The position numbers were made by a program, and so were the translations under genes. Positions 1 through 9,242 of a DNA stretch of 64,000 bases are shown piece by piece. Under the pieces are notes generated by a model that worked only from the letters and a program-made list of their open reading frames with translations, made no database searches and was not told where the DNA came from. The stretch comes from a virus, in the IMG/VR virus record IMGVR_UViG_3300023179_000039, positions 32,001 through 96,000 of that record; one strand, 5' to 3'. Position 1 is the first letter of the stretch, and each line of letters begins with the position of its first letter.

Positions 1-1473
1 GTTAATGGCGAGGATAAAACTCGCGATAGTATAAGCAATACTAACTCATTTATTGCATCAAAATTTAATAGTAATACTGAGGTATTTCAAAACTGTGTTA
101 TTATGACCATAAACAACGTCATTCCGTTTATGGCAAAAAAGAAGCAAGAAAAGAGAAAATTTATTGAAGATATCTTTAACCTTGGTATTTTTGGTGATAT
201 GTTAGATATACTGAAAAACGATATAAATGAGAATAAAAAAAGCTTTGATCTCGAAGTTACAAAGCATGATGAAATATCTAAAAGCATATTGTCTTTAGAA
301 GCACAACAAAAGAAATTTGCTGAAGAAAGAGAGCGTAAGAAAGAAAAATACACCACTCGTCAAGAAAATAATATCAACGAAATAGACACAATTAGTAAGA
401 AGTTAGCAAATTTTGTGCTACCTGATGTTGCAGAAATTAAGAAAGAAATTACTGAGCAAGAGACTAATAATACTAAAATAGATAAAAAGCTACAAGATGC
501 GCGCCATTTAATTTCAGAAAACACCACACTTATTACACAAGCTAATAAAAAATTATCTTCTGTGGGCACAGATAAAGATGTATGTCCTACTTGTTTGCGT
601 ACTATAGAGGAGAATGACCGAGATCATATTAAAAATGAAAAGAAAAAGATTAACAGTGAGATTGATAGTTGTGAGGACAAGATAACTAAATTTAAAGCAG
701 AAGAAAAGCAATTCTTATCTCTCCAAGAGAAAGTAAAATCAAAAATGTTGAAGTTAAGAGATAATCTTAATTCTTACCAACATAAAGTGAAAGAAAGAAA
801 TGATTTAGAAGCAAGACTTAATCAATTAAGAACGTGGCAAACTGAACTCGAGCAAGATTTAAAAGATCTTGAATCTGACCATAACACTTTTGATAATTCC
901 ATTAAAGAACAAAAAACGAGACTCGATACGGTAAAGAAACAAATAGATATAATTAAGGAAAAATTAAACACCTTAGATGTAGTTAAATTTGTAGTTTCTG
1001 AGGAAGGCGTAAAGTCATATATTGTTAAAAAGATGCTTCAATTGTTTAATAGTAAACTTGCATATTATTTGAAAAAAATGGATGCAAACTGTGTATGTAC
1101 ATTTAATGAATATTTTGAAGAAGAAATTATTGATAGTAGAGGCAAGGTATGTTCGTATTTTAACTTTAGCGGAGCAGAGCGTAAGAATATTGATTTAGCT
1201 TGCTTATTTACATTTATGGATATTCGTAGATTGCAGGGTGATGTGACATTTAACTTTAGCATTTATGATGAGCTATTTGATTCTAGTTTAGATGAAAGAG
1301 GTGTAGAATTGGTTATCAACATATTACGAGAGCGTGTTGAGAAATATAATGAATGTATTATGGTTATAAGTCATAGAAAGGAAAGTATTAAAGCTGCAAC
1401 TGGCGATATTATATTCTTAGAAAAGTCTAACGGTATAACAAAGCGAGTTGATTATAAAGAATATAGCAGTTAA
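1..1473 (+). CDS. gp46: Recombination endonuclease ATPase subunit (gp46/SbcC/Rad50-like), 5' truncated
   Basis: Frame is open from base 1 (VNGEDKTRDS...). Coiled coil with CPTC zinc hook, signature FSGAE, Walker B IYDELFDSSLD, and ISH motif. Confidence 0.93.
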   Translation, partial: VNGEDKTRDSISNTNSFIASKFNSNTEVFQNCVIMTINNVIPFMAKKKQEKRKFIEDIFNLGIFGDMLDILKNDINENKKSFDLEVTKHDEISKSILSLEAQQKKFAEERERKKEKYTTRQENNINEIDTISKKLANFVLPDVAEIKKEITEQETNNTKIDKKLQDARHLISENTTLITQANKKLSSVGTDKDVCPTCLRTIEENDRDHIKNEKKKINSEIDSCEDKITKFKAEEKQFLSLQEKVKSKMLKLRDNLNSYQHKVKERNDLEARLNQLRTWQTELEQDLKDLESDHNTFDNSIKEQKTRLDTVKKQIDIIKEKLNTLDVVKFVVSEEGVKSYIVKKMLQLFNSKLAYYLKKMDANCVCTFNEYFEEEIIDSRGKVCSYFNFSGAERKNIDLACLFTFMDIRRLQGDVTFNFSIYDELFDSSLDERGVELVINILRERVEKYNECIMVISHRKESIKAATGDIIFLEKSNGITKRVDYKEYSS

Positions 1474-1486
1474 TATTATATCATCT

Positions 1487-2704
1487 ATGCATGGTTCGCC
1501 CTTCGTCTCTCCGTTTACTTCACCCTTTGTATCTCCTTTTGCTTCACCGTTTGCCTCCCAGCAATCACCACAGCCGGAGATACCCCGTCCGCCGGAAATG
1601 GATCTTCAGCGTGTAATGAACTATTATGCAGATTATAGTGGCTGTGGATTCTGGAGAATGATTTGGCCTGAGCATGTGCTCAATGCACATCAAAAACTTA
1701 TAGTTCATGGTAGTACTGTTATGTGCTTTGATCCAAATTATTATAGAGGTACAAAAACAATTCGAATTCAAAGACAAGCAACATCCAGTCAGCTTAAATT
1801 TGTTCAGTTTCTTAAGGAGTTGAGTAAGAAAGTAGGTTTTCGTTTAGTATATGAAATTGATGATTTAGTGTTTAGTGAAGATATTCCTGAATACAATAAA
1901 TTTAAGCCAGCATTTACAGATCCAGAGATTAGAAAAACCGCTCAATCGATTATGGAGCTGTGTGATGAAATTACCGTAACATGTGATTTCATGAAAGAGT
2001 ATTATCTAGGCAAAACGAAAAACCAAAACATTACAGTTATACCTAATTATCCGCCTAAGTTTTGGATGGGTCATTTTTATGATGAAAAGCGCATTTCATC
2101 AAATTATGATGAATTTGAGAAGAGACCTAGAATTTTATATGCAGGTTCCGGTGCACACTTTGATGTAGATAATAGGGTAAATCAACATGATGACTTCCAT
2201 CATATCGTCGATACTATTATTAAAACGAGACACAAGTATAGGTGGGTCTTTTTAGGTGCATTTCCAATTCCATTGAAGCCGTATATTCAAAACGGTGATC
2301 TCGAATTTCATTCTTGGCAACAACTTTATAGTTACCCAGAAAAGATTTATAATTTAAAGGTTAATATGATGGTTGCGCCATTACAAAACAACACTTTTAA
2401 TAAAGCTAAGAGCGATTTAAAATATATAGAAGCCTGTTGCTATGGCTTGCCCATTGCTTGTCAAGACTTAGTAACATATAGTAATGCACCTATAAAGTTT
2501 AATACTGGTGAAGAGATGGTAGGGTGTATTGACGATGCTTTATCTAAGAAGGGAAAATATATGAATATGTGTGCTAAATTTAGAAAAGTTGCAGAAGATA
2601 GATGGCTGGAAAACGAAAATAACTTGCAAAAGTATGTAGAACTGTATACACTACCTTATGGGCATAAAGACAGAAAGCTTTTAAATTCTGTAAACAGTCT
2701 ATGA
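1487..2704 (+). CDS. Glycosyltransferase, GT-B (GT4-like) fold, with N-terminal SPFx repeats
   Basis: GCGFWRM, YEIDDL, ITVT and APLQNNTFNKAKSDLKYIEA are typical of phage GT-B enzymes. ATG 1487 preferred to the track's TTG 1448, which lies inside gp46. Confidence 0.75.
   Translation: MHGSPFVSPFTSPFVSPFASPFASQQSPQPEIPRPPEMDLQRVMNYYADYSGCGFWRMIWPEHVLNAHQKLIVHGSTVMCFDPNYYRGTKTIRIQRQATSSQLKFVQFLKELSKKVGFRLVYEIDDLVFSEDIPEYNKFKPAFTDPEIRKTAQSIMELCDEITVTCDFMKEYYLGKTKNQNITVIPNYPPKFWMGHFYDEKRISSNYDEFEKRPRILYAGSGAHFDVDNRVNQHDDFHHIVDTIIKTRHKYRWVFLGAFPIPLKPYIQNGDLEFHSWQQLYSYPEKIYNLKVNMMVAPLQNNTFNKAKSDLKYIEACCYGLPIACQDLVTYSNAPIKFNTGEEMVGCIDDALSKKGKYMNMCAKFRKVAEDRWLENENNLQKYVELYTLPYGHKDRKLLNSVNSL
1496..1555 (+). 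repeat. 5x SPF(V/T/A) tetrapeptide repeat
   Basis: SPFV-SPFT-SPFV-SPFA-SPFA encoded with varied codons. Confidence 0.85.
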
Positions 2705-2880
2705 GAAAGTTATCTAGAAAAGAAATTAAAAAATTAGAAGAGGAAGGGCGTTTAAGAGATTTAGTTGAAATCTGGGTTGACCGCCACAATCATAAGCTTG
2801 AATTATTACGCACACTTACAAGCTTTATTGCCGCAGCATGCTCTTCTGTTGTTTTGTTAAAATTATTTCACTTGATTTGA
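2701..2880 (+). CDS. Small 59-aa protein with hydrophobic C-terminus (not in ORF track)
   Basis: ATGA overlap with upstream stop; MRKLSRKEIKKLEEEGRLRDLVEIWVDRHNHKLELLRTLTSFIAAACSSVVLLKLFHLI fills the gap. Confidence 0.7.
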   Translation: MRKLSRKEIKKLEEEGRLRDLVEIWVDRHNHKLELLRTLTSFIAAACSSVVLLKLFHLI

Positions 2881-2899
2881 CAAGTATTTAAGTTATAAT
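2872..2899 (+). promoter_or_regulatory. Sigma70-type promoter, leaderless geometry (gp43)
   Basis: TTGATT-N16-TATAAT-N6-GTG. Confidence 0.75.
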
Positions 2900-2905
2900 T
2901 TTTAA

Positions 2906-5497
2906 GTGTATCGTAACGTAGCATATCTTCCAAAAGATCAATTAATGCGACTATTCACTTGGGATAGTGATGGTAAGCGTGTAGCTGTCGACACTACCTA
3001 CGAACCGTACATATATTTGGAAACTAATAATCATCCGGATAGTAATAGTATTTTTAATACAAAGTTAAAAAAGAAAAGGTTTAAAAACCAAGCTGAGCGC
3101 TCACGTTATCTTAAGGATAATAAAGTCACGCGCGTCTTTGAAAACTTAAATATACAACAACAGTTTCTTATTGATAACTTTTGGGAGCTTAACGAGAAGG
3201 ATGAATTCACTAAACATCCTATACGCGTGCTTTTTATAGATATCGAGACATATAGCCCGGATGAATTTCCACAAGTAGATAATCCCAACCATCCAATTAA
3301 TGTTATAACCGTTTATGATACATTAAGGAAGCAGTTTATAACATGGGGGTTAAAAGCTTTTCATAAGAATATTAATAACGGTATATATATCTATTGTAAG
3401 ACAGAAAAAGATTTGTTATCAAAATTTATAAATTTCTTTGCATCTGATTATCCAGATATTTTATCTGGATGGAATAGTGAATTTTTTGACGTACCTTATA
3501 TTATTAACCGTATTACACGTATCTTAGGTGAAGATGAAACGAAACGGCTTTCACCGGTAGGCTATATTCGTCCTATTGTGTTTAAGGGTAAGTTTGGAAG
3601 AGAGCAGGTACACTGGCATATAGAGGGCGTATCTTGCGTTGATTATCTAGATATCTACAAAAGATTTTGCCCCACATTGCGTGAATCATATAAGTTAGAT
3701 GCTATCGGCGAACTTGAGCTTGGTGAAAATAAGATAGATTACGGTGATACTAATCTAGCAAGTCTTGCTGATGATAATTGGGAATTATTTATCGAATATA
3801 ATATTCAAGACGTAAACCTTCTTGTACGCCTAGAAGAAAAGCTACAATACTTGAAGCTATTGAAAATGATTGCATATGCCGGGCTAACAACGTTTGAAGG
3901 CGCGCTTGGCTCTTTGTCCGTTATTACAGGGCTTTGTGCTATCAGAGCACGTGGTCGTAATCAAAGAATCCCCACATTTGTTAAAACCGTTACCAACGAT
4001 GAGCAGAATGCTGGGGCTTATGTGGGTGAGCCTCTTAAAGGGTTTCAAGAAAATATAGTATCATTTGATGCAAACAGCCTATATCCAAACGTAATGATTA
4101 CTTTAAATTTATCTCCAGAAACTAAGGTAGGTGTAATTACAGAAAAAACAGATAAAGAAATTACTATTCATCATGTTAACGGTCAAGAGTTTAAACTTTC
4201 GGTAAACAGTTTTGTTGAGTTTATAAAGAAAGAGAAGATAGCTATATCAAAAGCTAAAGTATTATTCACACAAAAAGAAAAAGGTATTATACCTGAAACT
4301 GTTGATCATTTTTATAAAAAGAGAGTAGAAATTAAAAGACAACTTAAACTTCTAAAGAAGAAACTAGTAAGTCTAGACATTAAATCAGAAGAATATACAA
4401 CACTAAGCCAACAAGTTGATAATTTAAATATTTTACAACATACAATTAAGATTTTAATTAATACAATCTATGGCTACTTCGGTAATAAGCATAGCCCTCT
4501 TGGCGACGACGAACTAGCAGAGTCAATTACACTGACCGGTCAAGCCGTGATTAAGGAATCTAACAGGTTACTAGAAGAATATGTAAAACAAAAAACAGGA
4601 ATGACAGATAAAGATCTTTTAGAAGATACGCCTATTATATACAACGATACAGACAGTTCCTATATTTCTATAAAACATATTGTTAAGAAAACAGGATTAA
4701 AAATGTTCGATAATAAAGGTAAAATTACTCCAGAATACTACAAAGAAGTGCAAAACATAGAAGATTATCTCAATAAAAATATTATTGTTTGGGGCCAGAC
4801 AGCTTTAGGTTCAACAGATTGCCGGCTAAATTTTAAGAGAGAAGCGATCGCAGATACCGGTATCTTTCTTCAAAAAAAGCGATATGTTCTACATGTTCTC
4901 GATGAAGAAGGTATTCCGTGCGATAAATTTAAGTATACAGGTGTTGAGGTTGTACGCACAACTATGCCAGCGCCTATCAAGCCTTATGTAAAGAAGATTA
5001 TTGAAACAATGCTTCTCACAAGAGATTTGGGGGAAACAAATAAAATCTTTAACGAAACATATGATATTTTTAAAGGGTTAGATGTGGAGGACATTGCCTT
5101 TGTTATGGGAGTTAAGGGATATGAAAAATATGCTTCAATGTGTGACGGATTTAAAACTGCCAAGCATATGCCTATTCACGTCAAAGCAGGATATTTTTAC
5201 AATCTGCTCCTAGACAGATTTAACACTGGTAAAAAATACGAAAAAATATCCTCTGGAGATAAGGTAAGATACTTTTATGCTAAACAACCAAATAAATTCG
5301 GCATATCGACAATAGGTTACAAATATAGTTATCCCAAAGAATTTAGAGAAGTTTTTGAGCCTGATCACGAATTAATGTTTGAGAAGATTATCTTTTCAGT
5401 TATTGAAAGGTTTTACGAGGCCGTGAATTGGAAATTATTATCTCCTGGCTGCCAAGTACAGACAGATTTATTTGATTTATTAAGTGTTGATAGTTGA
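2906..5497 (+). CDS. gp43: Family B DNA polymerase
   Basis: ExoI DIET, ExoII WNSEFFDVPY, motif A DANSLYP, motif B KILINTIYG, motif C YNDTDS, KKRY. Confidence 0.97.
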   Translation: MYRNVAYLPKDQLMRLFTWDSDGKRVAVDTTYEPYIYLETNNHPDSNSIFNTKLKKKRFKNQAERSRYLKDNKVTRVFENLNIQQQFLIDNFWELNEKDEFTKHPIRVLFIDIETYSPDEFPQVDNPNHPINVITVYDTLRKQFITWGLKAFHKNINNGIYIYCKTEKDLLSKFINFFASDYPDILSGWNSEFFDVPYIINRITRILGEDETKRLSPVGYIRPIVFKGKFGREQVHWHIEGVSCVDYLDIYKRFCPTLRESYKLDAIGELELGENKIDYGDTNLASLADDNWELFIEYNIQDVNLLVRLEEKLQYLKLLKMIAYAGLTTFEGALGSLSVITGLCAIRARGRNQRIPTFVKTVTNDEQNAGAYVGEPLKGFQENIVSFDANSLYPNVMITLNLSPETKVGVITEKTDKEITIHHVNGQEFKLSVNSFVEFIKKEKIAISKAKVLFTQKEKGIIPETVDHFYKKRVEIKRQLKLLKKKLVSLDIKSEEYTTLSQQVDNLNILQHTIKILINTIYGYFGNKHSPLGDDELAESITLTGQAVIKESNRLLEEYVKQKTGMTDKDLLEDTPIIYNDTDSSYISIKHIVKKTGLKMFDNKGKITPEYYKEVQNIEDYLNKNIIVWGQTALGSTDCRLNFKREAIADTGIFLQKKRYVLHVLDEEGIPCDKFKYTGVEVVRTTMPAPIKPYVKKIIETMLLTRDLGETNKIFNETYDIFKGLDVEDIAFVMGVKGYEKYASMCDGFKTAKHMPIHVKAGYFYNLLLDRFNTGKKYEKISSGDKVRYFYAKQPNKFGISTIGYKYSYPKEFREVFEPDHELMFEKIIFSVIERFYEAVNWKLLSPGCQVQTDLFDLLSVDS

Positions 5498-5521
5498 TTT
5501 ATTCTTATAATATTATAATAT
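5494..5521 (+). promoter_or_regulatory. Sigma70-type promoter, leaderless geometry
   Basis: TTGATT-N16-TAATAT-N6-ATG 5528. Confidence 0.7.
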
Positions 5522-5527
5522 AACTAC

Positions 5528-5881
5528 ATGAGCGAACAAAATCTTATTACATTTATTGACCATATTGGTAGAACAATTCTTGCAACTTTAGTTGAGCAGG
5601 ACAAGACAACACTTACCGTGAAGAACCCTGCTATTATTCATGTACAGCCCACACAGCAAGGTCAACTAAATGTACAGACAATCCCGCTTTTCTTTAGAGA
5701 GTTTATCGGTGAAAAGTCGAAAGCCAATGGAACGACTTGGAAGTTTAATCTTAATACTGTTGTTCTTGGGCTGGATATTGATAATGACCCGAGACTAGTT
5801 GAGCAGTACAATAGGCTTTTCTTGCCCCCGGCTCCGGCTCCTGAGTCAACCGCTCCCGTAATTAAGTTGTTTGACGAGTAA
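5528..5881 (+). CDS. Hypothetical protein (small beta-rich, possibly Sm-like)
   Basis: 117 aa between polymerase and recombinase, with its own promoter. Confidence 0.75.
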   Translation: MSEQNLITFIDHIGRTILATLVEQDKTTLTVKNPAIIHVQPTQQGQLNVQTIPLFFREFIGEKSKANGTTWKFNLNTVVLGLDIDNDPRLVEQYNRLFLPPAPAPESTAPVIKLFDE

Positions 5882-5889
5882 TTTTTTAC

Positions 5890-5917
5890 TTGTAATTTCA
5901 TCTAGTTCATTTATACT
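5890..5917 (+). promoter_or_regulatory. Sigma70-type promoter, leaderless geometry (uvsX)
   Basis: TTGTAA-N16-TATACT-N6-ATG 5924. Confidence 0.7.
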
Positions 5918-5923
5918 AGACCT

Positions 5924-7042
5924 ATGAGTAAAGACCTTAGTAAGATATTTGCATCGTTAGACAAGCTAAACAGTGAAGCCTCGTTTTTAAACGAAAACGC
6001 TTTAAGTAAAGTAGATGAATGGTTTGATACTGGCTGCTATGCTCTCAATGCCATATTGGGTGGCAGCTGTCGTGGTGGCGGTGTCCCTAAGGGAAGAATT
6101 ACCGGCTTCTCTGGCCCTAGTCAGACAGGCAAGACTTTTATTGTTAACAAGATTCTTGCAACGGCGCAAAAGAAAGGCATCACGCCAGTTATTTTTGATA
6201 CAGAGATCGCTATCGACGAGAATAGTACAAAAGGTGTAGGTCTTGACCCCGAAAATGTAAAATATGTACCGGTAGATACAATTGATCAGTGCCGTAATCA
6301 GATCAGTGCATTACTTGATAGTATTATCGAAAACAATGCTAAAGGTAAGTTTATTATTAGTATTGACAGTTTAGGTAATCTTGCTTCACAGAAAGAGCTG
6401 GATGACGTAGCTAAGGATAAATCTGCTGCAGATATGGGTCTTCGTGCAAAGTCTTTAAAGAGTATGTTTCGTACTTTAACTTTTAAAGCTGCTAAGGCTG
6501 GTGTTACAATTCTGTTTACTAATCATACTTACGATGACCCGGCTGCAATGTTCCCTAGTCTTGTAAAGAATCAAGCCGGTGGCTCAGGACCTGTATATAT
6601 GGCTAGTATTCTTGTACAGCTTGCCAAGCGTCATGAGAAGGAAGGCGAAGGCGATTCAATGGATACAGAAGATAAAAAGCTTGCTGAAGCAAACAAATAC
6701 AGCGGTACAACACTTCGTGCATTAACTGTAAAGAATCGCTTTCTACCACCGTTTTTAGAGACAGAAATGTATCTTTCCTTTAAGACTGGATTGAACAAGT
6801 ATAGCGGTTTGCTTGGTATGGCTGCAGTGAGAGGTATCGTTGAACAAAATGGTGCAACCTATACTGTAGGTGTTACCAGTGGTAAGTATAAGAAGGGCGA
6901 TAAACTAGGATATGCAAAGACATTTGCAAAAGATCCCGCTTTCTACGAGGAATTCATTATCCCTGAACTCGACAAGCGCTTGGCTGAAGAATACAAGTAT
7001 AACGTAAATGAAGCGCAAGGCGAAGAAGAACCTCACGAGTAA
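5924..7042 (+). CDS. uvsX: RecA-like recombinase UvsX
   Basis: DTGCYALN, Walker A GPSQTGKT, FDTE, IDSLGNLAS, DMGLRAK, TNHTY. Confidence 0.93.
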   Translation: MSKDLSKIFASLDKLNSEASFLNENALSKVDEWFDTGCYALNAILGGSCRGGGVPKGRITGFSGPSQTGKTFIVNKILATAQKKGITPVIFDTEIAIDENSTKGVGLDPENVKYVPVDTIDQCRNQISALLDSIIENNAKGKFIISIDSLGNLASQKELDDVAKDKSAADMGLRAKSLKSMFRTLTFKAAKAGVTILFTNHTYDDPAAMFPSLVKNQAGGSGPVYMASILVQLAKRHEKEGEGDSMDTEDKKLAEANKYSGTTLRALTVKNRFLPPFLETEMYLSFKTGLNKYSGLLGMAAVRGIVEQNGATYTVGVTSGKYKKGDKLGYAKTFAKDPAFYEEFIIPELDKRLAEEYKYNVNEAQGEEEPHE

Positions 7043-7748
7043 AGCTGTAGTCCCCATTTCCGGAGGAATGGACAGTACTGTCCTACTACATTTAGCTGCT
7101 AGTAGGTATGATAAGATAATCACGGTTAACTATGATTACGGGCAGAAGCACCGTGATAAAGAAATAAATTGCGCTTCATTTCAGATTGAATCGGTTGATA
7201 TGCCGGTTGACAGTTTACACATAAAATTACCGTTTTTTAAGGATATATGTCAGGTTTCTTCACTTCTTAATAACAAGGTTGCAGTTGCTAAAGCCAAGGA
7301 TGTAATGGGCGATCCGCAGACGGTTAACTATGTTCCCTACCGTAACTTGATGTTACTTAGCATTTCACTAGCTATCGCTGAAAACTACGGTGCTAGCACG
7401 GTTTTTCATGGTGCAGCACAAGCCGATAGTGTTGCAGGATTCTGGGATGGAAGCGAGGAGTTTCTTGATCAAATTAATAAAGTATCAGCTCTTAACAGAA
7501 GAAACAAAATTGTTGTACAGGCGCCATTAATTGACAAATCTAAAGAAGAAATCATAAAATTAGGTGTAAAGCTTGGTGTAAATTTTAGCCAGACATGGAC
7601 TTGTTATGAGGGAGAAGAACAGGCCTGCGGTGAATGTACTGCGTGCTCTTTAAGAATAAAAGGCTTTATAGATGCAGGTTATGTAGACCCGTTAAACTAT
7701 AAAATCTCAATACCTTGGGAAAAATATAAGTGTAAAGAAATAATTTAA
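7008..7748 (+). CDS. queC: 7-cyano-7-deazaguanine synthase QueC-family protein
   Basis: PP-loop ISGGMDS, DYGQKH, VPYRN and zinc site TCY...CGECTAC. Start uncertain: ATG 7008 or near 7035. Confidence 0.9.
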   Translation: MKRKAKKNLTSKAVVPISGGMDSTVLLHLAASRYDKIITVNYDYGQKHRDKEINCASFQIESVDMPVDSLHIKLPFFKDICQVSSLLNNKVAVAKAKDVMGDPQTVNYVPYRNLMLLSISLAIAENYGASTVFHGAAQADSVAGFWDGSEEFLDQINKVSALNRRNKIVVQAPLIDKSKEEIIKLGVKLGVNFSQTWTCYEGEEQACGECTACSLRIKGFIDAGYVDPLNYKISIPWEKYKCKEII

Positions 7749-8284
7749 CCTATCCGGTAAAATACAGCTCCGCTGTTTCTTTCATCAGCATCCCAAAAAG
7801 GATAAGAAGTAGGAGCTGTTATATCCATGTAATCACCTGCAGCGAGATCAAAAATGTAAAAACCAGTAACTTGCCAGTAGGGTTGAGATGATCCACCTGC
7901 GTAAGGTTTCAACGGAAAATCTACTCCATTTTTTCTATAAAAAAATTGAGCATAAATATTATTAGCTTTTGAAATCATAAAAACACCAAAATAATATCTT
8001 CCAGCTACTGGAGCAGTAAACCTACCATTGGTGTTATTATACAAATTATTATCATTAATATCTGCAATATCCCAAATCACTACGTAATCAGTATTATTAC
8101 CTACATATTTTGAAATACGTCTTACAGAAGCCATAGGCATGTAAGGCTTGTTAATAATACTTGAATAAGCCACAGGTAAAGAAGAAATTTGCGCTGCATT
8201 TGTAGAGTTGTTTTGACTGTAAGGCAACAAAGCACTACCAGCAGGCGTTCCTTGAGTTAACTGAGAAATCGTAACATCAGCCAT
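7745..8284 (-). CDS. C1q-domain virion fibre/decoration protein
   Basis: YNNTNGRFTAPVAGRYYF is a C1q/TNF-like signature; N-terminal MADVTISQL resembles phage fibre attachment segments. Confidence 0.7.
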   Translation of the reverse strand: MADVTISQLTQGTPAGSALLPYSQNNSTNAAQISSLPVAYSSIINKPYMPMASVRRISKYVGNNTDYVVIWDIADINDNNLYNNTNGRFTAPVAGRYYFGVFMISKANNIYAQFFYRKNGVDFPLKPYAGGSSQPYWQVTGFYIFDLAAGDYMDITAPTSYPFWDADERNSGAVFYRIG

Positions 8285-8293
8285 ATTTTATCC

Positions 8294-9193
8294 TTAGACA
8301 GTACTATATTTATCAAATTCATCCATTGGCCCGCTTCTACCAACATAGCCTAAATCTCTTGCAACAGATGTAGGTTCATCGGCTTCTGGATATTCATCTA
8401 TAGTTTCTACTTCTCCGGAGCCTTCACCTTCTTTTGCTTTTTCAGAAGCCGGTGAATAGCTGTTTTTATACTTCAACGAGTCAATAAAGTCTTGAACCAT
8501 CTCTTTGTCGTTTGCCATTTTTTCATCATATGCGCGCACAATAGCATCAACTACTTCTTTTCTTAGCTCAGGTGAATCATAAAGATCACCCTTTGCAACA
8601 GTAATTTCATCAGGAAGCTCTGCAAAAATAGGCATCCACTCTTTAATGAACCTTACATCATTTTTTACAAAAGAATTAGCAGCAGGTGTAGCAGGCGCAG
8701 TACTTGGTGTACCAGGAGCCACGACTTTCTTACCTTCAACGCCAGCTGTTACAGCTTGTTTAACTTGAGCAGGGCTAGCAGCAGCACCACCTTCAACATC
8801 AACACGTAAAACATTTAAAAGATTGTCGACAACACGAGCTGTGTATTTAGCTTCTGTACCACCTATTTTAAGCTCGTTCTTTATTAAATTTTCTAAATCA
8901 GTTCTAAACTTCATTTTAGAACCCGGGTAGTAAAGCTTATATTCTTTACCATCGATAGTATGAATAGCAGGTTTAAATAGCTTTGTTTGAATAACTTGCA
9001 GTAAACGGTTAGCAATTTCAGCTTTTGATTTGCCTTCTTTTGCTGCAGTTTTACCTATTCCATAACCTTTGCCAGGTGCTTTTTCAATATCACCAGTATA
9101 ACCTAAATCATCAGCATATATAGGCGCTTCACTAACTACCTGTTTTTTCTTTGAAATATATGCTTCGTATATAAATTGTACATCTTTGTTCAT
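8294..9193 (-). CDS. Hypothetical protein, candidate internal head protein
   Basis: 299 aa, preceded by late-type TAAATA; N-terminal FIYE motif. Confidence 0.7.
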   Translation of the reverse strand: MNKDVQFIYEAYISKKKQVVSEAPIYADDLGYTGDIEKAPGKGYGIGKTAAKEGKSKAEIANRLLQVIQTKLFKPAIHTIDGKEYKLYYPGSKMKFRTDLENLIKNELKIGGTEAKYTARVVDNLLNVLRVDVEGGAAASPAQVKQAVTAGVEGKKVVAPGTPSTAPATPAANSFVKNDVRFIKEWMPIFAELPDEITVAKGDLYDSPELRKEVVDAIVRAYDEKMANDKEMVQDFIDSLKYKNSYSPASEKAKEGEGSGEVETIDEYPEADEPTSVARDLGYVGRSGPMDEFDKYSTV

Positions 9194-9194
9194 C

Positions 9195-9222
9195 TTGAAT
9201 TATTTATTCTTTATAATATAAT
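9195..9222 (+). promoter_or_regulatory. Sigma70-type promoter for the amidotransferase operon
   Basis: TTGAAT-N16-TATAAT; followed by AGGAGGT (9227-9233) rather than a start codon. Confidence 0.65.
9201..9206 (-). promoter_or_regulatory. Late-type promoter TAAATA
   Basis: 7 nt before ATG 9193. Confidence 0.55.
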
Positions 9223-9242
9223 AATTAGGAGGTATATAATAT

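Noticed and set aside
2877-2882. Perfect TTGACA as the -35 of the polymerase promoter
   Set aside because: Only 11 nt from TATAAT; the upstream TTGATT fits the 16-nt spacing shared by the other promoters.
4638-4655. Polymerase motif C variant YNDTDS as a sign of modified-base incorporation
   Set aside because: This position varies among family B polymerases and the catalytic DTDS is intact.
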